Assembly: GCA_047150005.1 (NCBI GenBank)
Contig: AP038806.1
Coordinates: 3,168,001 to 3,232,000, forward strand
Source of the DNA: Nitrospira sp.
GTDB taxonomy: Bacteria; Nitrospirota; Nitrospiria; Nitrospirales; Nitrospiraceae
Length of the DNA: 64,000 nt
Reading direction: 5' to 3'
In this document: positions 47,601 through 55,858 of the stretch, piece after piece
Position numbering within the stretch: position 1 is the first letter of the stretch
Layout of the letters: every line of letters begins with the position of its first letter
Program-made: the position numbers and the translations under genes
Notes under the pieces: model-generated
What the model was told of the DNA's origin: nothing
The model's input: the letters and a program-made list of their open reading frames with translations, nothing else
Database searches by the model: none

Positions 47601-48843
47601 TGCCGGCGACCAGCATGGTTCGCATGGCTAACAGGAGTTGACGCAAGCACTCGACGGCTTGCGCATGATCGCCTGAAAACAACGGCAACTGGGAAGCATA
47701 GTCCGTCGTGACGGCGAACGGCCAGGTGCTGCGAACGGACAAGGACGCCAACGCTTCTTCAATGAGGTCGTTGATGGTGCGTCCGACTGCGGATTGGTCA
47801 GCCGTCGTATGCATAAGCTCGACAAGCCGGCTCCGCAGGGTCCCGGCGGCAGTCGATTGTTCGACGAGACCAGCCAACTTGTCTTCCAGATTGGCGGAGC
47901 GCACGGTGTCCAGGAGGATCTGGGCCTCCTGGCGCAGAGCTTCCAATGGTCGGACGATCTCCTCGGATAGCGAGATGAACTGGTGAATGACTGTTCGAGG
48001 CATGTCGCCGCCCGTTGCTCCTGATATCGAGCCTTGAACCGCGTGCCTCCCGGCTCGATCGGAGGTCAGGCGGCGGATGATCCCGATGGTGCCCAGAAAG
48101 CGCCGGTGCGGATCGTACAGGCCGCGCGCACGCACTTCCGCCGGCACGGCTTTCTCGGGCTGGTCCGCCGAGGGCTTCCCCCGAAACATCAGCTCGATGC
48201 TTTGGGTGCTTCGGGAGCCGGACCGCCGTTCGTTGAAGCGGAAGGCGGCCGCCGCATGGTCTTTCGGAGAAAACACCGTGGTATAGGGGGTGCCGACGAG
48301 TTCTTCCGGCGCATAACCGAGTAACAACGACACATTCGGGCCGAGCGCCACGAACTGTCCGTCGGCGTTCAGTTCATAGAAAATGTCCGGTATCGCGGCG
48401 AGCAGGTGTTGATAGCGCGCCTCCATACGTGCCGCGGCGATTTTGAGCTCCTGCTTTTCCAGCGTTTGTCTGGCGCAGAAGAGGAGTTCAGCGAGAAACG
48501 CGGGAGATTGCTTGGATAGAAGAAAGTCCGCGCCCGCCTGCATCGCATGAGCGGCCATGGCGGCATCGGGTTGGTCGCTTTGTAGGATCACCGAAGCATG
48601 GGCGGCCTGCCGCTTGAGGTCTTCGATCAATCCCTGATCATGTCCGGCAAGACATCCGTCATCGACGACGATCAAGATCCATTCCATCGCATATGTCTGG
48701 GAGAGGACTTTGGCCTCCTCCGCGGAATAGGCGACGTCAACGCGGCAATCCGAAAAAAATCCGCGAAAACCGACCGTGATGAGCTTGACCTCTTGAGGAT
48801 GGCTGTTGACGATCAGGATCGAAACCGGCATGCGCTGCGCCAT
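44683..48843 (-). CDS. Multidomain protein: REC-PAS-degenerate HK-PilZ-PilZ-LuxD-like hydrolase-methyltransferase-like
   Basis: PAS (LLGYAPEEL); two RxxxR + (D/N)xSxxG PilZ; LuxD-like RYDHANHLGLSDG and SDLSAR; VDAGLGQG...LPF...RVLHPQG. Confidence 0.8.
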   Translation of the reverse strand: MAQRMPVSILIVNSHPQEVKLITVGFRGFFSDCRVDVAYSAEEAKVLSQTYAMEWILIVVDDGCLAGHDQGLIEDLKRQAAHASVILQSDQPDAAMAAHAMQAGADFLLSKQSPAFLAELLFCARQTLEKQELKIAAARMEARYQHLLAAIPDIFYELNADGQFVALGPNVSLLLGYAPEELVGTPYTTVFSPKDHAAAAFRFNERRSGSRSTQSIELMFRGKPSADQPEKAVPAEVRARGLYDPHRRFLGTIGIIRRLTSDRAGRHAVQGSISGATGGDMPRTVIHQFISLSEEIVRPLEALRQEAQILLDTVRSANLEDKLAGLVEQSTAAGTLRSRLVELMHTTADQSAVGRTINDLIEEALASLSVRSTWPFAVTTDYASQLPLFSGDHAQAVECLRQLLLAMRTMLVAGRRSRTLSIRTGTVGRTSEGAGPVLFPLPPPSEIEIECLESETSPTEQLDRASQPDTPDIVDWPVLYGLVSSLSARLDFSLPAIGPLRVVLRLPVIAGTPAAEAIESVPITRLRVEEDRPLPLPHHRDEKDRRAAPRVATALPSRVTIGSAVWHGTLVNLSQGGACVTLASDFPTFDQQAVPVVLRTSVGTLELAASAIPRQTSDTARSQGIPPVRLILIFDAPSDSESSVLASFIEAAREQSLSFSLDVQLTSTVGDRPPSAPYGDDRRETVRVPLALPARLDTDTAAQDRLIARVVDISRQGAYLVVNASPDRLRDSMLLRFASGKISSHSGLHEPGTPDFSLPVRIVWSAPDAASSSEFRPGHIVPATRVGVGFLSLTPYAERELARLVRQHLSAPPLTKTHGETSIVSIQRECRTARGQTIVIIDDHLGRPMAPDTPVLIIAPGYGQTSRDYAGLSYFLLSRGLRVLRYDHANHLGLSDGEPQNTTLRGMQADLAKVVEFVHHTWPSARVVVLASDLSARAALKMTVQTHPLDLLMLLNPVIDVGAALMAVHGHDLIGDYRYGLRRGTTNLVGLNVNLDQFAADAIAGRMTDLGSTLEDIRLLHSSLAIVTGPRNEASPLPPSDLPHDFLSALSSQTRIISIPSSIAGRFHADETESAAFRKILEHITIALPWQPVSTDLGLATPEVLARQLRLELEQTRLHRNVSQINRDALALAHLQQLPHLTNLHEYRKLLDDLHAFLTPLSPETIVVDAGLGQGDMTRTILINHSYWTRQRRQSPEQAPLLIGLGRDADHVRQVRHHTGTLQRELASGAGGGLTSIPAMKCAWMRADWAQALPFRSQSVHRMVCNLSLSFVNSPHATVREWVRVLHPQGRLVFTTFHPDTDLSTLYRRHLRLANQDEFGAQPQGVLHYLGRLHEAIRHGILHTFDHNALASLLRQSGAQPFRISSIFNGQALVAIVGKRISSSSF

Positions 48844-49176
48844 CGAAAAATTCCCTGGCGTACCGAGGTCGTCCGGATCGTTCCGACCCGCGTCGGCAGA
48901 ACGCGCGGTCGTGCCGGCTATATCGAAACCGGGACGGGCCGGTCATGTCCGAGATCGTCGTCGACCGCACGTGTAGGTGGGTAAGTGAATATCATACGGG
49001 CTCGATGGAAACACAGTCCAGATAGGCCGGAACTCGCTCCCGCTTTGGTAGGGGGCGGGCGAACAGAACTGGAAAACTTGCACAAAAATGGACGGACGCC
49101 GAAAACAGGTCGAAGGGGCGGTACGCTGAACCGGCGGTCGCCTGGGCCGCCAGCCATGGCAGGAGCCGGCGGGAGA

Positions 49177-50184
49177 CTATCGGACTTGTGCCGTACTGGG
49201 ACCAGGACAGGCACCGGGAGTCATGTACAAGAGATAGTTGCCCATGCCGTGCTGCTCCTCTTTCTTTTGCAGCGGATGATGATGGACCATCACCATCTCA
49301 TAATCGTCCGTTTTCGTCACCGCAAACCCTTGGCCGTTCCTGTACACCTGGTGCGGAGGGAACTCCAGGAAGGTGCCGTCCATGGAGACATCGGGAACGG
49401 TCCGCAACAGAGTCTCCCTGCGAGTCTTGTTTTCCAATGCGATCAACAGCAACTCATCATGTCCGTGGGGATAGGCAAATTTGACGCAACCGTCCATCGA
49501 AAACTTCAGCGGGGCGGCATGGACTTGGACTCCCGCCTGGATCTCGATCCCTTCATCGGTCTGATCGGGACCGCGCTGGGCGAACTTGCTGTAACAGACC
49601 ACGTTCACACCGACTTGATACACGTCCATCTCCTTAACCGGAGCACCCTCACGGGCCATGTACATCGTAAAGCTGGCCATCACGTCCCGCGTGGGCGGGG
49701 CCTTGTGATAGAAAGCGACGACCGACATGAGGTTCTGGCCTTTGGCCAGTTTCACCCCGTAGCCGTCGGGGAACTTCGCCTCGGTCATTTCGAGACCGGC
49801 ACCGCCGAAGAACAACGGCTCACCGGGACAGGACACGCTCGGTTTGTCGTTGTTGAGCATCAGGATATGATGCAGATAGTTGCGGGGCAGCGGGGTGCCG
49901 TCCTTGGTGAAGACTTCGGACTTGAATCCGACCATATACATGTCCTTCGGCAATTGAAAGACATGCTTGGGCATCGAAGCGGCCAAGTCACCGTCATGGG
50001 CCGACGGTAGGTCGATCGGCCCGAACGTCAACCTGACCAGATCATCTTCGATCGTGACCTTCGTCGTGACCTGATTGGCCAGCGTGGGAACCGCGTGGTG
50101 GTCGTGCGCGTCATGTCCACCGGATGCCGAAGCCGGCGGTATCATGCAGAGGCTGACGAACAGCACAACGAAGGCTGGCAACAT
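49177..50184 (-). CDS. Exported protein, copper type II (PHM/DBH-like) monooxygenase candidate
   Basis: Signal peptide, then LHHI...FYH...PHGH...HGMG in PHM ligand order; AGGAGG RBS before ATG 50184. Confidence 0.6.
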   Translation of the reverse strand: MLPAFVVLFVSLCMIPPASASGGHDAHDHHAVPTLANQVTTKVTIEDDLVRLTFGPIDLPSAHDGDLAASMPKHVFQLPKDMYMVGFKSEVFTKDGTPLPRNYLHHILMLNNDKPSVSCPGEPLFFGGAGLEMTEAKFPDGYGVKLAKGQNLMSVVAFYHKAPPTRDVMASFTMYMAREGAPVKEMDVYQVGVNVVCYSKFAQRGPDQTDEGIEIQAGVQVHAAPLKFSMDGCVKFAYPHGHDELLLIALENKTRRETLLRTVPDVSMDGTFLEFPPHQVYRNGQGFAVTKTDDYEMVMVHHHPLQKKEEQHGMGNYLLYMTPGACPGPSTAQVR

Positions 50185-50279
50185 GGTACCTCCTAAGGCC
50201 GATTTATCCACAATCTCTCGCAACCCATGAGTTCTTGCTGAGTCTGAATCAATACCATGTAGTCAAAAGCGGAGCAGGC

Positions 50280-51167
50280 TCACTGACTCGGCGAGGCCGG
50301 AGTGATCCTCTTCCATACGTATGTGCCGCCCCATTGCCGAGGAGGAATATTCTTCTTGTCGCCCACTCGCGTATACCACCAGACGCCTTTGGCTTGCATG
50401 CCGTCCTCGGACAGTAGGACTTCGAAACCCCCTTCACGGTCGTTTCCCGTTTGGTGCCATGTGCCGTGCCAGGCGCGGTCTTCGAATTTTGTCGTGACGA
50501 AGCGTCCGCCTTGTTGGCTGTAGGGTCCGTTCCCGGCCTTGTCCAGTGTCGCCTTGTACGTCTTGTTGTCCTCGACTTCGAGGATGTCCCATTCACCGCT
50601 CAGATCCGCTTCCCCGTCCTGTGAGACCGCGACAGGCCGCGCGGAGGAATTATGCGATTCCTCGTCGGCCAGTTGAACGGCGCCGCCGGAGTTTCGGAAC
50701 GATTCGTGCCAGGACAAGAGCACCCATTGTCCGTCGCGGCGTTCCAATACACCGGTTTCCCGCAGCGGCAGCAAGGCCCGTTGGTGCCCCTTGTCCTGCA
50801 CGACGGTGCGGATGTAATCCAGCTCCATCGTGTACCAGGCGAGATCGCCCTTGGTCCAAACCTTCAATTCCCGGATCGGAAGTTCAAGTTTGGCGGCCGA
50901 GCCGAACTCCTCGAGCATGTCGCGCTCGATGTCGGGCCATCCGACGTATTTTCTCCCTCCGATTGTATAACTGATAATGTCGGAGTCGTGGGCCATCAGT
51001 CGTGATAGGGCGGCCATGTCCTTGTCGGCATTGGCGCGAACCATGGCACGAATAGCTGCCTCTGGTCCGTGGTCCTCCGCGGCTGCCGGTCGTCCTGATG
51101 GGCTTAAGAGGATCGCGCCGACGCTCAGAGCCCATGCCGTCCGACGAATCAGTTGTCGCATCCTCAT
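50280..51167 (-). CDS. Exported SnoaL/NTF2-like domain protein with C-terminal beta domain
   Basis: Signal peptide; RETGVLERRDGQWVLLSWHES is typical of the SnoaL_3 family. Confidence 0.75.
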   Translation of the reverse strand: MRMRQLIRRTAWALSVGAILLSPSGRPAAAEDHGPEAAIRAMVRANADKDMAALSRLMAHDSDIISYTIGGRKYVGWPDIERDMLEEFGSAAKLELPIRELKVWTKGDLAWYTMELDYIRTVVQDKGHQRALLPLRETGVLERRDGQWVLLSWHESFRNSGGAVQLADEESHNSSARPVAVSQDGEADLSGEWDILEVEDNKTYKATLDKAGNGPYSQQGGRFVTTKFEDRAWHGTWHQTGNDREGGFEVLLSEDGMQAKGVWWYTRVGDKKNIPPRQWGGTYVWKRITPASPSQ

Positions 51168-51206
51168 TCCCGACACACCTCTCAGCGTTGCGCGTCTTGT
51201 GAATCG

Positions 51207-51235
51207 AGGCTACATGCCCGATCTAATGTTGTCAA
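51207..51235 (-). promoter_or_regulatory. Sigma70-type promoter for the SnoaL/monooxygenase pair
   Basis: TTGACA (51235-51230), 17 nt, TAGCCT; immediately outside the IS target duplication. Confidence 0.5.
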
Positions 51236-51251
51236 TGGTTCGATGGTCGAC

Positions 51252-52657
51252 TGTCCACCCACTTTAGAAATGTCCGCTTCCTGCCACAATAGAAATGTCC
51301 GGTTCATCGGATTGCCTCTTGGGGCCGCCTCTGCGCGACGGTGCCGAACCGATTCCACGGGTGCGTCGCTGGCGGCTTGACTAATGGTCGGGGTCGTCGA
51401 GTCGGCCTCAGCGGGGCGACCGTGCGAGGCTGGGGGCGGATGGGCTGATAGGTCAACGGGCGGTCCTGATGCAGCATGCGCAGTGTCCCATCCACCCGCT
51501 CTTCCACGACGACATGCGTGGCGTGCACCCGGCTCTGAATTTGGTAGAGTTGGCCGCCATGCCTCACCGTCCGATCGCGGCGCAGCACCCGCCGGGTCTT
51601 CAGGGCGAGCAGGGCCCGCACCTCGGTCCCGGCCGACAGCGGCCGATGCAGATCGGTGGTGTGCGCCGGCGAGACCGCAAAGCGCCGATTGTACCGGACC
51701 AGCCACGCCGGTAAGAAGCGATTCGCCTCGGCCAGGGTCGCGATGCCCGCCAACCGCATCTCTTTCACGAGCCGATCTTGCAGCGTGTGAAAGAGCCGTT
51801 CGATACGGCCCTTGGCCTGTGGCGAGTGGGCCGGGATTAGCTCGACGCCCAGCTCCGCCAACGCCCGCCCAAACTGACTCCTGGGTGCGCCGCCGGTGAG
51901 TTGCTCCTCCACGGTCGGTTCGGCTGGCGAGCGATAGGTCGTATGTTTATCGGCATAGATGGCGAGCGGAATTCCGTACTGCTTGACGTACCGCTGAAAG
52001 CTGTCGAGGGCCGGCATCGTCCCTTCATATTCATAGAAGCGGGCATACACCCGGCTGCTTGCATCGTCGATGTAGGCCATCAGCACACAGCGCGGACCGC
52101 GCCCCTCGAACCAATCATGATGGGAGCCATCCAACTGCACCAGTTCGCCGCGGTGTGTGCGGCGGGCTCGCCAGGCGCGGTGGGGCCGCGGGCGCCGCCG
52201 GAAATGGTCGATCCCGTCCGCGCGTAACCACCGCCGCCGGGTCTCCTCGCTGAGCAGGAGGCTATGGTGAGCGGCCAACTGCTCCACGGCTAACGTCGGC
52301 CCGAAATCCCCATAGTGGCGCGTGTAGAGCTGGAGGACCTGTCGTTTAAAGGCGGCCGGTTTCCGCCGGTTCGAGGGCTGGCCCCGGCTCCGATGCGCGA
52401 GCCCGCTGTCGCCTTCGGCTTGCAGCCGGTGGCTGAGGCGGCGAATCTGCCGCGTCGTGACTCCCAGCGTCTCACCGGCCTGCTGTTGCGTGAGCTGCTT
52501 TGCAAGGACTTGGCGAATCACATGGACCCGCCGCAGTTCGCTCTCCCTCATGACAATGCGGTCCTCTCTGACCATCCCGCCCTCCTGGTGAGAGCCGGCA
52601 GTCTATAGCGGACATTTCTACTGTGGGAGAAGCGGACATTATCATTGTGGGATTACA
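51252..52657 (-). mobile_element. Complete IS1202-family (ISNCY) insertion sequence, 1,406 bp
   Basis: TGT...ACA ends; ~50-bp imperfect IRs each carrying two AATGTCCG sub-repeats; 16-bp direct repeat TGGTTCGATGGTCGAC at 51236-51251 and 52658-52673. Confidence 0.92.
51304..52575 (-). CDS. DDE transposase (IS1202/ISNCY; HTH + rve)
   Basis: GELVQLDGSHHDW, YADK, SPQAKGRIERLFHTLQDRL; frame intact. Confidence 0.93.
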   Translation of the reverse strand: MVREDRIVMRESELRRVHVIRQVLAKQLTQQQAGETLGVTTRQIRRLSHRLQAEGDSGLAHRSRGQPSNRRKPAAFKRQVLQLYTRHYGDFGPTLAVEQLAAHHSLLLSEETRRRWLRADGIDHFRRRPRPHRAWRARRTHRGELVQLDGSHHDWFEGRGPRCVLMAYIDDASSRVYARFYEYEGTMPALDSFQRYVKQYGIPLAIYADKHTTYRSPAEPTVEEQLTGGAPRSQFGRALAELGVELIPAHSPQAKGRIERLFHTLQDRLVKEMRLAGIATLAEANRFLPAWLVRYNRRFAVSPAHTTDLHRPLSAGTEVRALLALKTRRVLRRDRTVRHGGQLYQIQSRVHATHVVVEERVDGTLRMLHQDRPLTYQPIRPQPRTVAPLRPTRRPRPLVKPPATHPWNRFGTVAQRRPQEAIR

Positions 52658-53445
52658 TGGTTCGATGGTCGACAGCTGGCTGATCTTATGGATATGCAGA
52701 CGATGACGGTCACGTTGTCCTCACCTCCCCGGTCGAGCGCCTCGTCGATGAGCGCGTCGCAGATCCGTGAAGGGTCTGCTTCGACATCGGAAAGGCGGGC
52801 GGCAATCTCGCGGTCGTCCAACATTTTGGTCAGACCGTCGGTGCAAAGCAGCAACCGATCTTCCGGCTCGATCCGCACCGTCGTTCTCGTCGGCGCGACG
52901 CGTCGCTCGATGCCGAGGGCTTCTGTGAGGACGTGCCGTTCCGGATGGGTCTTGCTCTGGGCTTCGCTGATCAGCCCGCTGCGAAGATATTTCTCGACCA
53001 AGGTATGGTCGCGCGTCAACTGACGCAGCGTCCCGGCGCGGTAAAGGTAGGCACGACTGTCGCCGAGATGGGCGATGTGGGCCACCGGCGCCGGCGCCGT
53101 GGTGATCGCCATCGCCACGATCGTGGTGCCCATGCCTGTGAGTGCCGGCTGAGCCTGAGCGTGTTCGTAGATCCCCCGGTTCGCGGCGATGAGCCATTCG
53201 CTCAACAGACGGGAAGGGTCGTCGGTCATCCGGTGCGTGAGGTGAAAACAGCGTTCGGCATCCTGTACAACCGATGCGACGGCCATGCGTGCCGCCACGT
53301 CACCGGCAGGGTGTCCGCCCATTCCGTCTGCGACCAACCACACCATCCGTTCGTTCAGGACGGCGAACGCATCTTGATTGGTCGAACGGACTCGTCCGGT
53401 TTCTGTCCGACCTGTGCCGACCCAATGATGATCCGGCGGATTCAC
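52642..53445 (-). CDS. PP2C-family Ser/Thr phosphatase (3' end altered by the IS)
   Basis: RSTNQD, ADGMGGH, GMGTT, HLGDSR, LCTDGL, GGEDNVT. Confidence 0.92.
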   Translation of the reverse strand: MNPPDHHWVGTGRTETGRVRSTNQDAFAVLNERMVWLVADGMGGHPAGDVAARMAVASVVQDAERCFHLTHRMTDDPSRLLSEWLIAANRGIYEHAQAQPALTGMGTTIVAMAITTAPAPVAHIAHLGDSRAYLYRAGTLRQLTRDHTLVEKYLRSGLISEAQSKTHPERHVLTEALGIERRVAPTRTTVRIEPEDRLLLCTDGLTKMLDDREIAARLSDVEADPSRICDALIDEALDRGGEDNVTVIVCISIRSASCRPSNHVIPQ

Positions 53446-54248
53446 GAATCCTCTGATCGGTCCCTTGGACCGCGCCCGCCGGTGCCCGCGACCGAGCGCG
53501 GACCGTAGCGGGCCGCCAAACCCTCGAAGATCCAGTGGGCCAGCGGCTCCAGGTTTTGCGTGTCGGCCGCGTTGTACTTGAGCAGCAAGCTCAAGGCCGA
53601 CTCGCTGCCGCTACGCCATTGTTCCCATAGCCGAACGGCATCCCACCCGTCCAGGCCGACAAGATCGTGGTCACGGTGGATATGCACTTCGCGTTCGATG
53701 CGCTTGAGGCCGCCCCGTAACCCCAGCCTCCGCGCAGCCGGGCACAGATCGAAGTGCGGTTTTCGGAAGTCGAGTCTCGGAAAGGTCGCTTGCAAATAGG
53801 GAATGTCGAAGCCGCTGCCGAAGAATGTGACCAACAGGTCGGTGTGTGCCAGTTCTCCCTGCAGACGATCCTCCGTCAGGCTGTCGCCGTGCACGAGACT
53901 GCTCATCCGGCCGTTTCGGTAGAGGCCGACGATGGTCACATGCCCGGAGCCGTGGGGCAATCCGGTGGTTTCGATGTCGAGATAGAGAGTCCGGTGCCGA
54001 AATGTCTCGAACAGGCGCCAATGATCGTGGCGTTTCAGGGCTGTCGCGAAGAAGTCCGCCCGTCCCGTTTCCAGGTGCGACATGGCCTCGGTAAGGTCGC
54101 GATCATACCAGGCTTTCCTTGCCGGAGAGATGCTGGAGACGGCCGGTCGCTTCAAGAACTCGGACCAATCGCCGATTCCGTCCCGCCAGAACCGCTGCTC
54201 GGTGCTGGGTCCGACGCCTTTGAGCAGCACGAACGTCGAGGTGAGCAT
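53442..54248 (-). CDS. RNase H-like (YprB/DEDD-type) exonuclease domain protein
   Basis: YLDIETTGL, FDIPYL, GGLKRIE, YNAAD; N-terminal HhH-like GVGP. Confidence 0.8.
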   Translation of the reverse strand: MLTSTFVLLKGVGPSTEQRFWRDGIGDWSEFLKRPAVSSISPARKAWYDRDLTEAMSHLETGRADFFATALKRHDHWRLFETFRHRTLYLDIETTGLPHGSGHVTIVGLYRNGRMSSLVHGDSLTEDRLQGELAHTDLLVTFFGSGFDIPYLQATFPRLDFRKPHFDLCPAARRLGLRGGLKRIEREVHIHRDHDLVGLDGWDAVRLWEQWRSGSESALSLLLKYNAADTQNLEPLAHWIFEGLAARYGPRSVAGTGGRGPRDRSEDS

Positions 54249-54347
54249 GCGGCGCGCATTGTAGCCTTGATTTCACCTGATAAACAAGCTAGAGTCCGCG
54301 ATAGATGCGGCTTTTCATGCGGACCGCTTGACGTCGCCCGGTCGGAA

Positions 54348-54737
54348 ATGACGCCTGAACCACCGAAGAAAATTCGCATCACCGTCGGACCGGTTCAGGT
54401 CGAGGCGGAGCTGAAACCCACCAGAACGGCGCGGGAGGTCTATGCGGCGTTGCCGGTCGAAACCTCCGTCAACGTCTGGGGAGAGGAGTTTCATTTCAAG
54501 CTCGGGGGCGTCAAGGATCATCGCGAGACTGCGACGACGCAGCTCAAGGTGGGTGATGTCGCGTTCTGGGGGGCGGGGCAGGTCCTGGCGGTGTTCTTCG
54601 GGCGCACCCCCATGAGTATGGGATCGGATCCTGTCCCTGCGGACCGTGTCAACGTCATCGGCAGGATCGTGGGGGACGCGACGGTCTTGCGGCGTGTCAT
54701 AGAGGAGGCTCGGACCATCAGAGTGGAGCAACTCTAA
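54348..54737 (+). CDS. Cyclophilin-like fold protein (DUF369 type)
   Basis: WGEEFHF, GDVAFW, FFGRTP, VNVIG. Confidence 0.75.
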   Translation: MTPEPPKKIRITVGPVQVEAELKPTRTAREVYAALPVETSVNVWGEEFHFKLGGVKDHRETATTQLKVGDVAFWGAGQVLAVFFGRTPMSMGSDPVPADRVNVIGRIVGDATVLRRVIEEARTIRVEQL

Positions 54738-54740
54738 CCG

Positions 54741-55022
54741 ATGCGTCTGTCGAAAGAGCGGATTAGGCACATGGCCGAGTCGTTGGCGGTTCGGCTCGAA
54801 ACCGAGGGTCATATTGTGCTGCATGCCCCTCGCAAATCGTTTGCAGAGTCGCTTGAAACGGTCATCACCGATGAATTGTCGATTGAGGACCGATTGAACG
54901 CCGAAGTCCGGCAGATGCTGAAGGCCCATGAACAGGAGATCGAGCGAGGCCGCGTGGATTACCAGAAGATGTTCACCCTGCTCAAACAGAAGCTGGTCCG
55001 GGAGCGAGGCATCGTCCTGTGA
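54741..55022 (+). CDS. DUF507 family protein
   Basis: MRLSKERI, E.RLNAEVR, YQKMF..K.KL..ERG. Confidence 0.75.
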   Translation: MRLSKERIRHMAESLAVRLETEGHIVLHAPRKSFAESLETVITDELSIEDRLNAEVRQMLKAHEQEIERGRVDYQKMFTLLKQKLVRERGIVL

Positions 55023-55076
55023 CGGGATGACCGAGACTCGCTTCTCGGTCGGCGACATCGCGAAGGCGGACGCTGC

Positions 55077-55352
55077 ATGTTGAGCGACGACAAGGTCAAC
55101 CATCTCTCGCACGTGATTCTGCAGGCCGTCAAGAAGAGTCCCCTGGTTGCCGTGGTGGCCGACGACGGACGGGTCTTGAAACAGATCAAGCGGATCTTGG
55201 CCGCCGAACTCGAAGCCGAAGTCGACATCGACAGGAAAATACGGGCCAAGCTGACGTCCTATTCCAGGGGTATTGTTGAAGGAAGCCCGGAGTGGGACGT
55301 GCTGTATCGAAAGACCTTCGAAGAAGAAACACAGAAATATGCGAAGGGATAA
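55077..55352 (+). CDS. DUF507-like protein
   Basis: MLSDDKVNHLSH, EGSPEWDVLY; typical partner of the preceding gene. Confidence 0.7.
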   Translation: MLSDDKVNHLSHVILQAVKKSPLVAVVADDGRVLKQIKRILAAELEAEVDIDRKIRAKLTSYSRGIVEGSPEWDVLYRKTFEEETQKYAKG

Positions 55353-55359
55353 ACCGCAC

Positions 55360-55815
55360 ATGGAACCGAAACACAGAGTCAACGGTCTGATAATCTGCCT
55401 GGCCATGGTGAGCTTGGTCGGTATGATCGCCTGCTCGACATCCAAGCCAAAACCGTTGGTCCCCCTGGCATTGGAGACCGGGGCGGCGCCGCAAGCCGTC
55501 ACGCTGACCGGACAGGGTGCACAGGCGTATCAAGGCAGACAATTCGAAGAGGCGAAGGCGTATTTCTCCCAGGCGGTTACGGCGGCACCACAGTCCGGTC
55601 CCGCTCACTATAATTATGCGATTGTGCTCTATGCGCTGGGGGATTCTGAGCAGGCCAGAAAGCATTTTATGGAAGCGGCGAACCTGGCTCCCGGCGACAA
55701 AGTGATCTGGGATTCGCCGGCGCTGCATCAGTTCGGAAATCCCGAATCGCCGAAGGCTGTCAAAGAGCATCAGACCACCACCAGCCGTCCCACGTTCGGC
55801 GGCGGACCGCGCTGA
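55360..55815 (+). CDS. TPR-containing lipoprotein
   Basis: Lipobox-like MIAC; TPR helices (AHYNYAIVLYALG). Confidence 0.75.
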   Translation: MEPKHRVNGLIICLAMVSLVGMIACSTSKPKPLVPLALETGAAPQAVTLTGQGAQAYQGRQFEEAKAYFSQAVTAAPQSGPAHYNYAIVLYALGDSEQARKHFMEAANLAPGDKVIWDSPALHQFGNPESPKAVKEHQTTTSRPTFGGGPR

Positions 55816-55858
55816 CGGCCGGGAGTGATCATTTCGTTCTGAAGGAGGAGCCGGGATC

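Noticed and set aside
51252..51301. Short repeated TAGAAATGTCCG motifs as a possible mini CRISPR or operator
   Set aside because: They are sub-terminal repeats of the IS ends, mirrored at 52609-52640.
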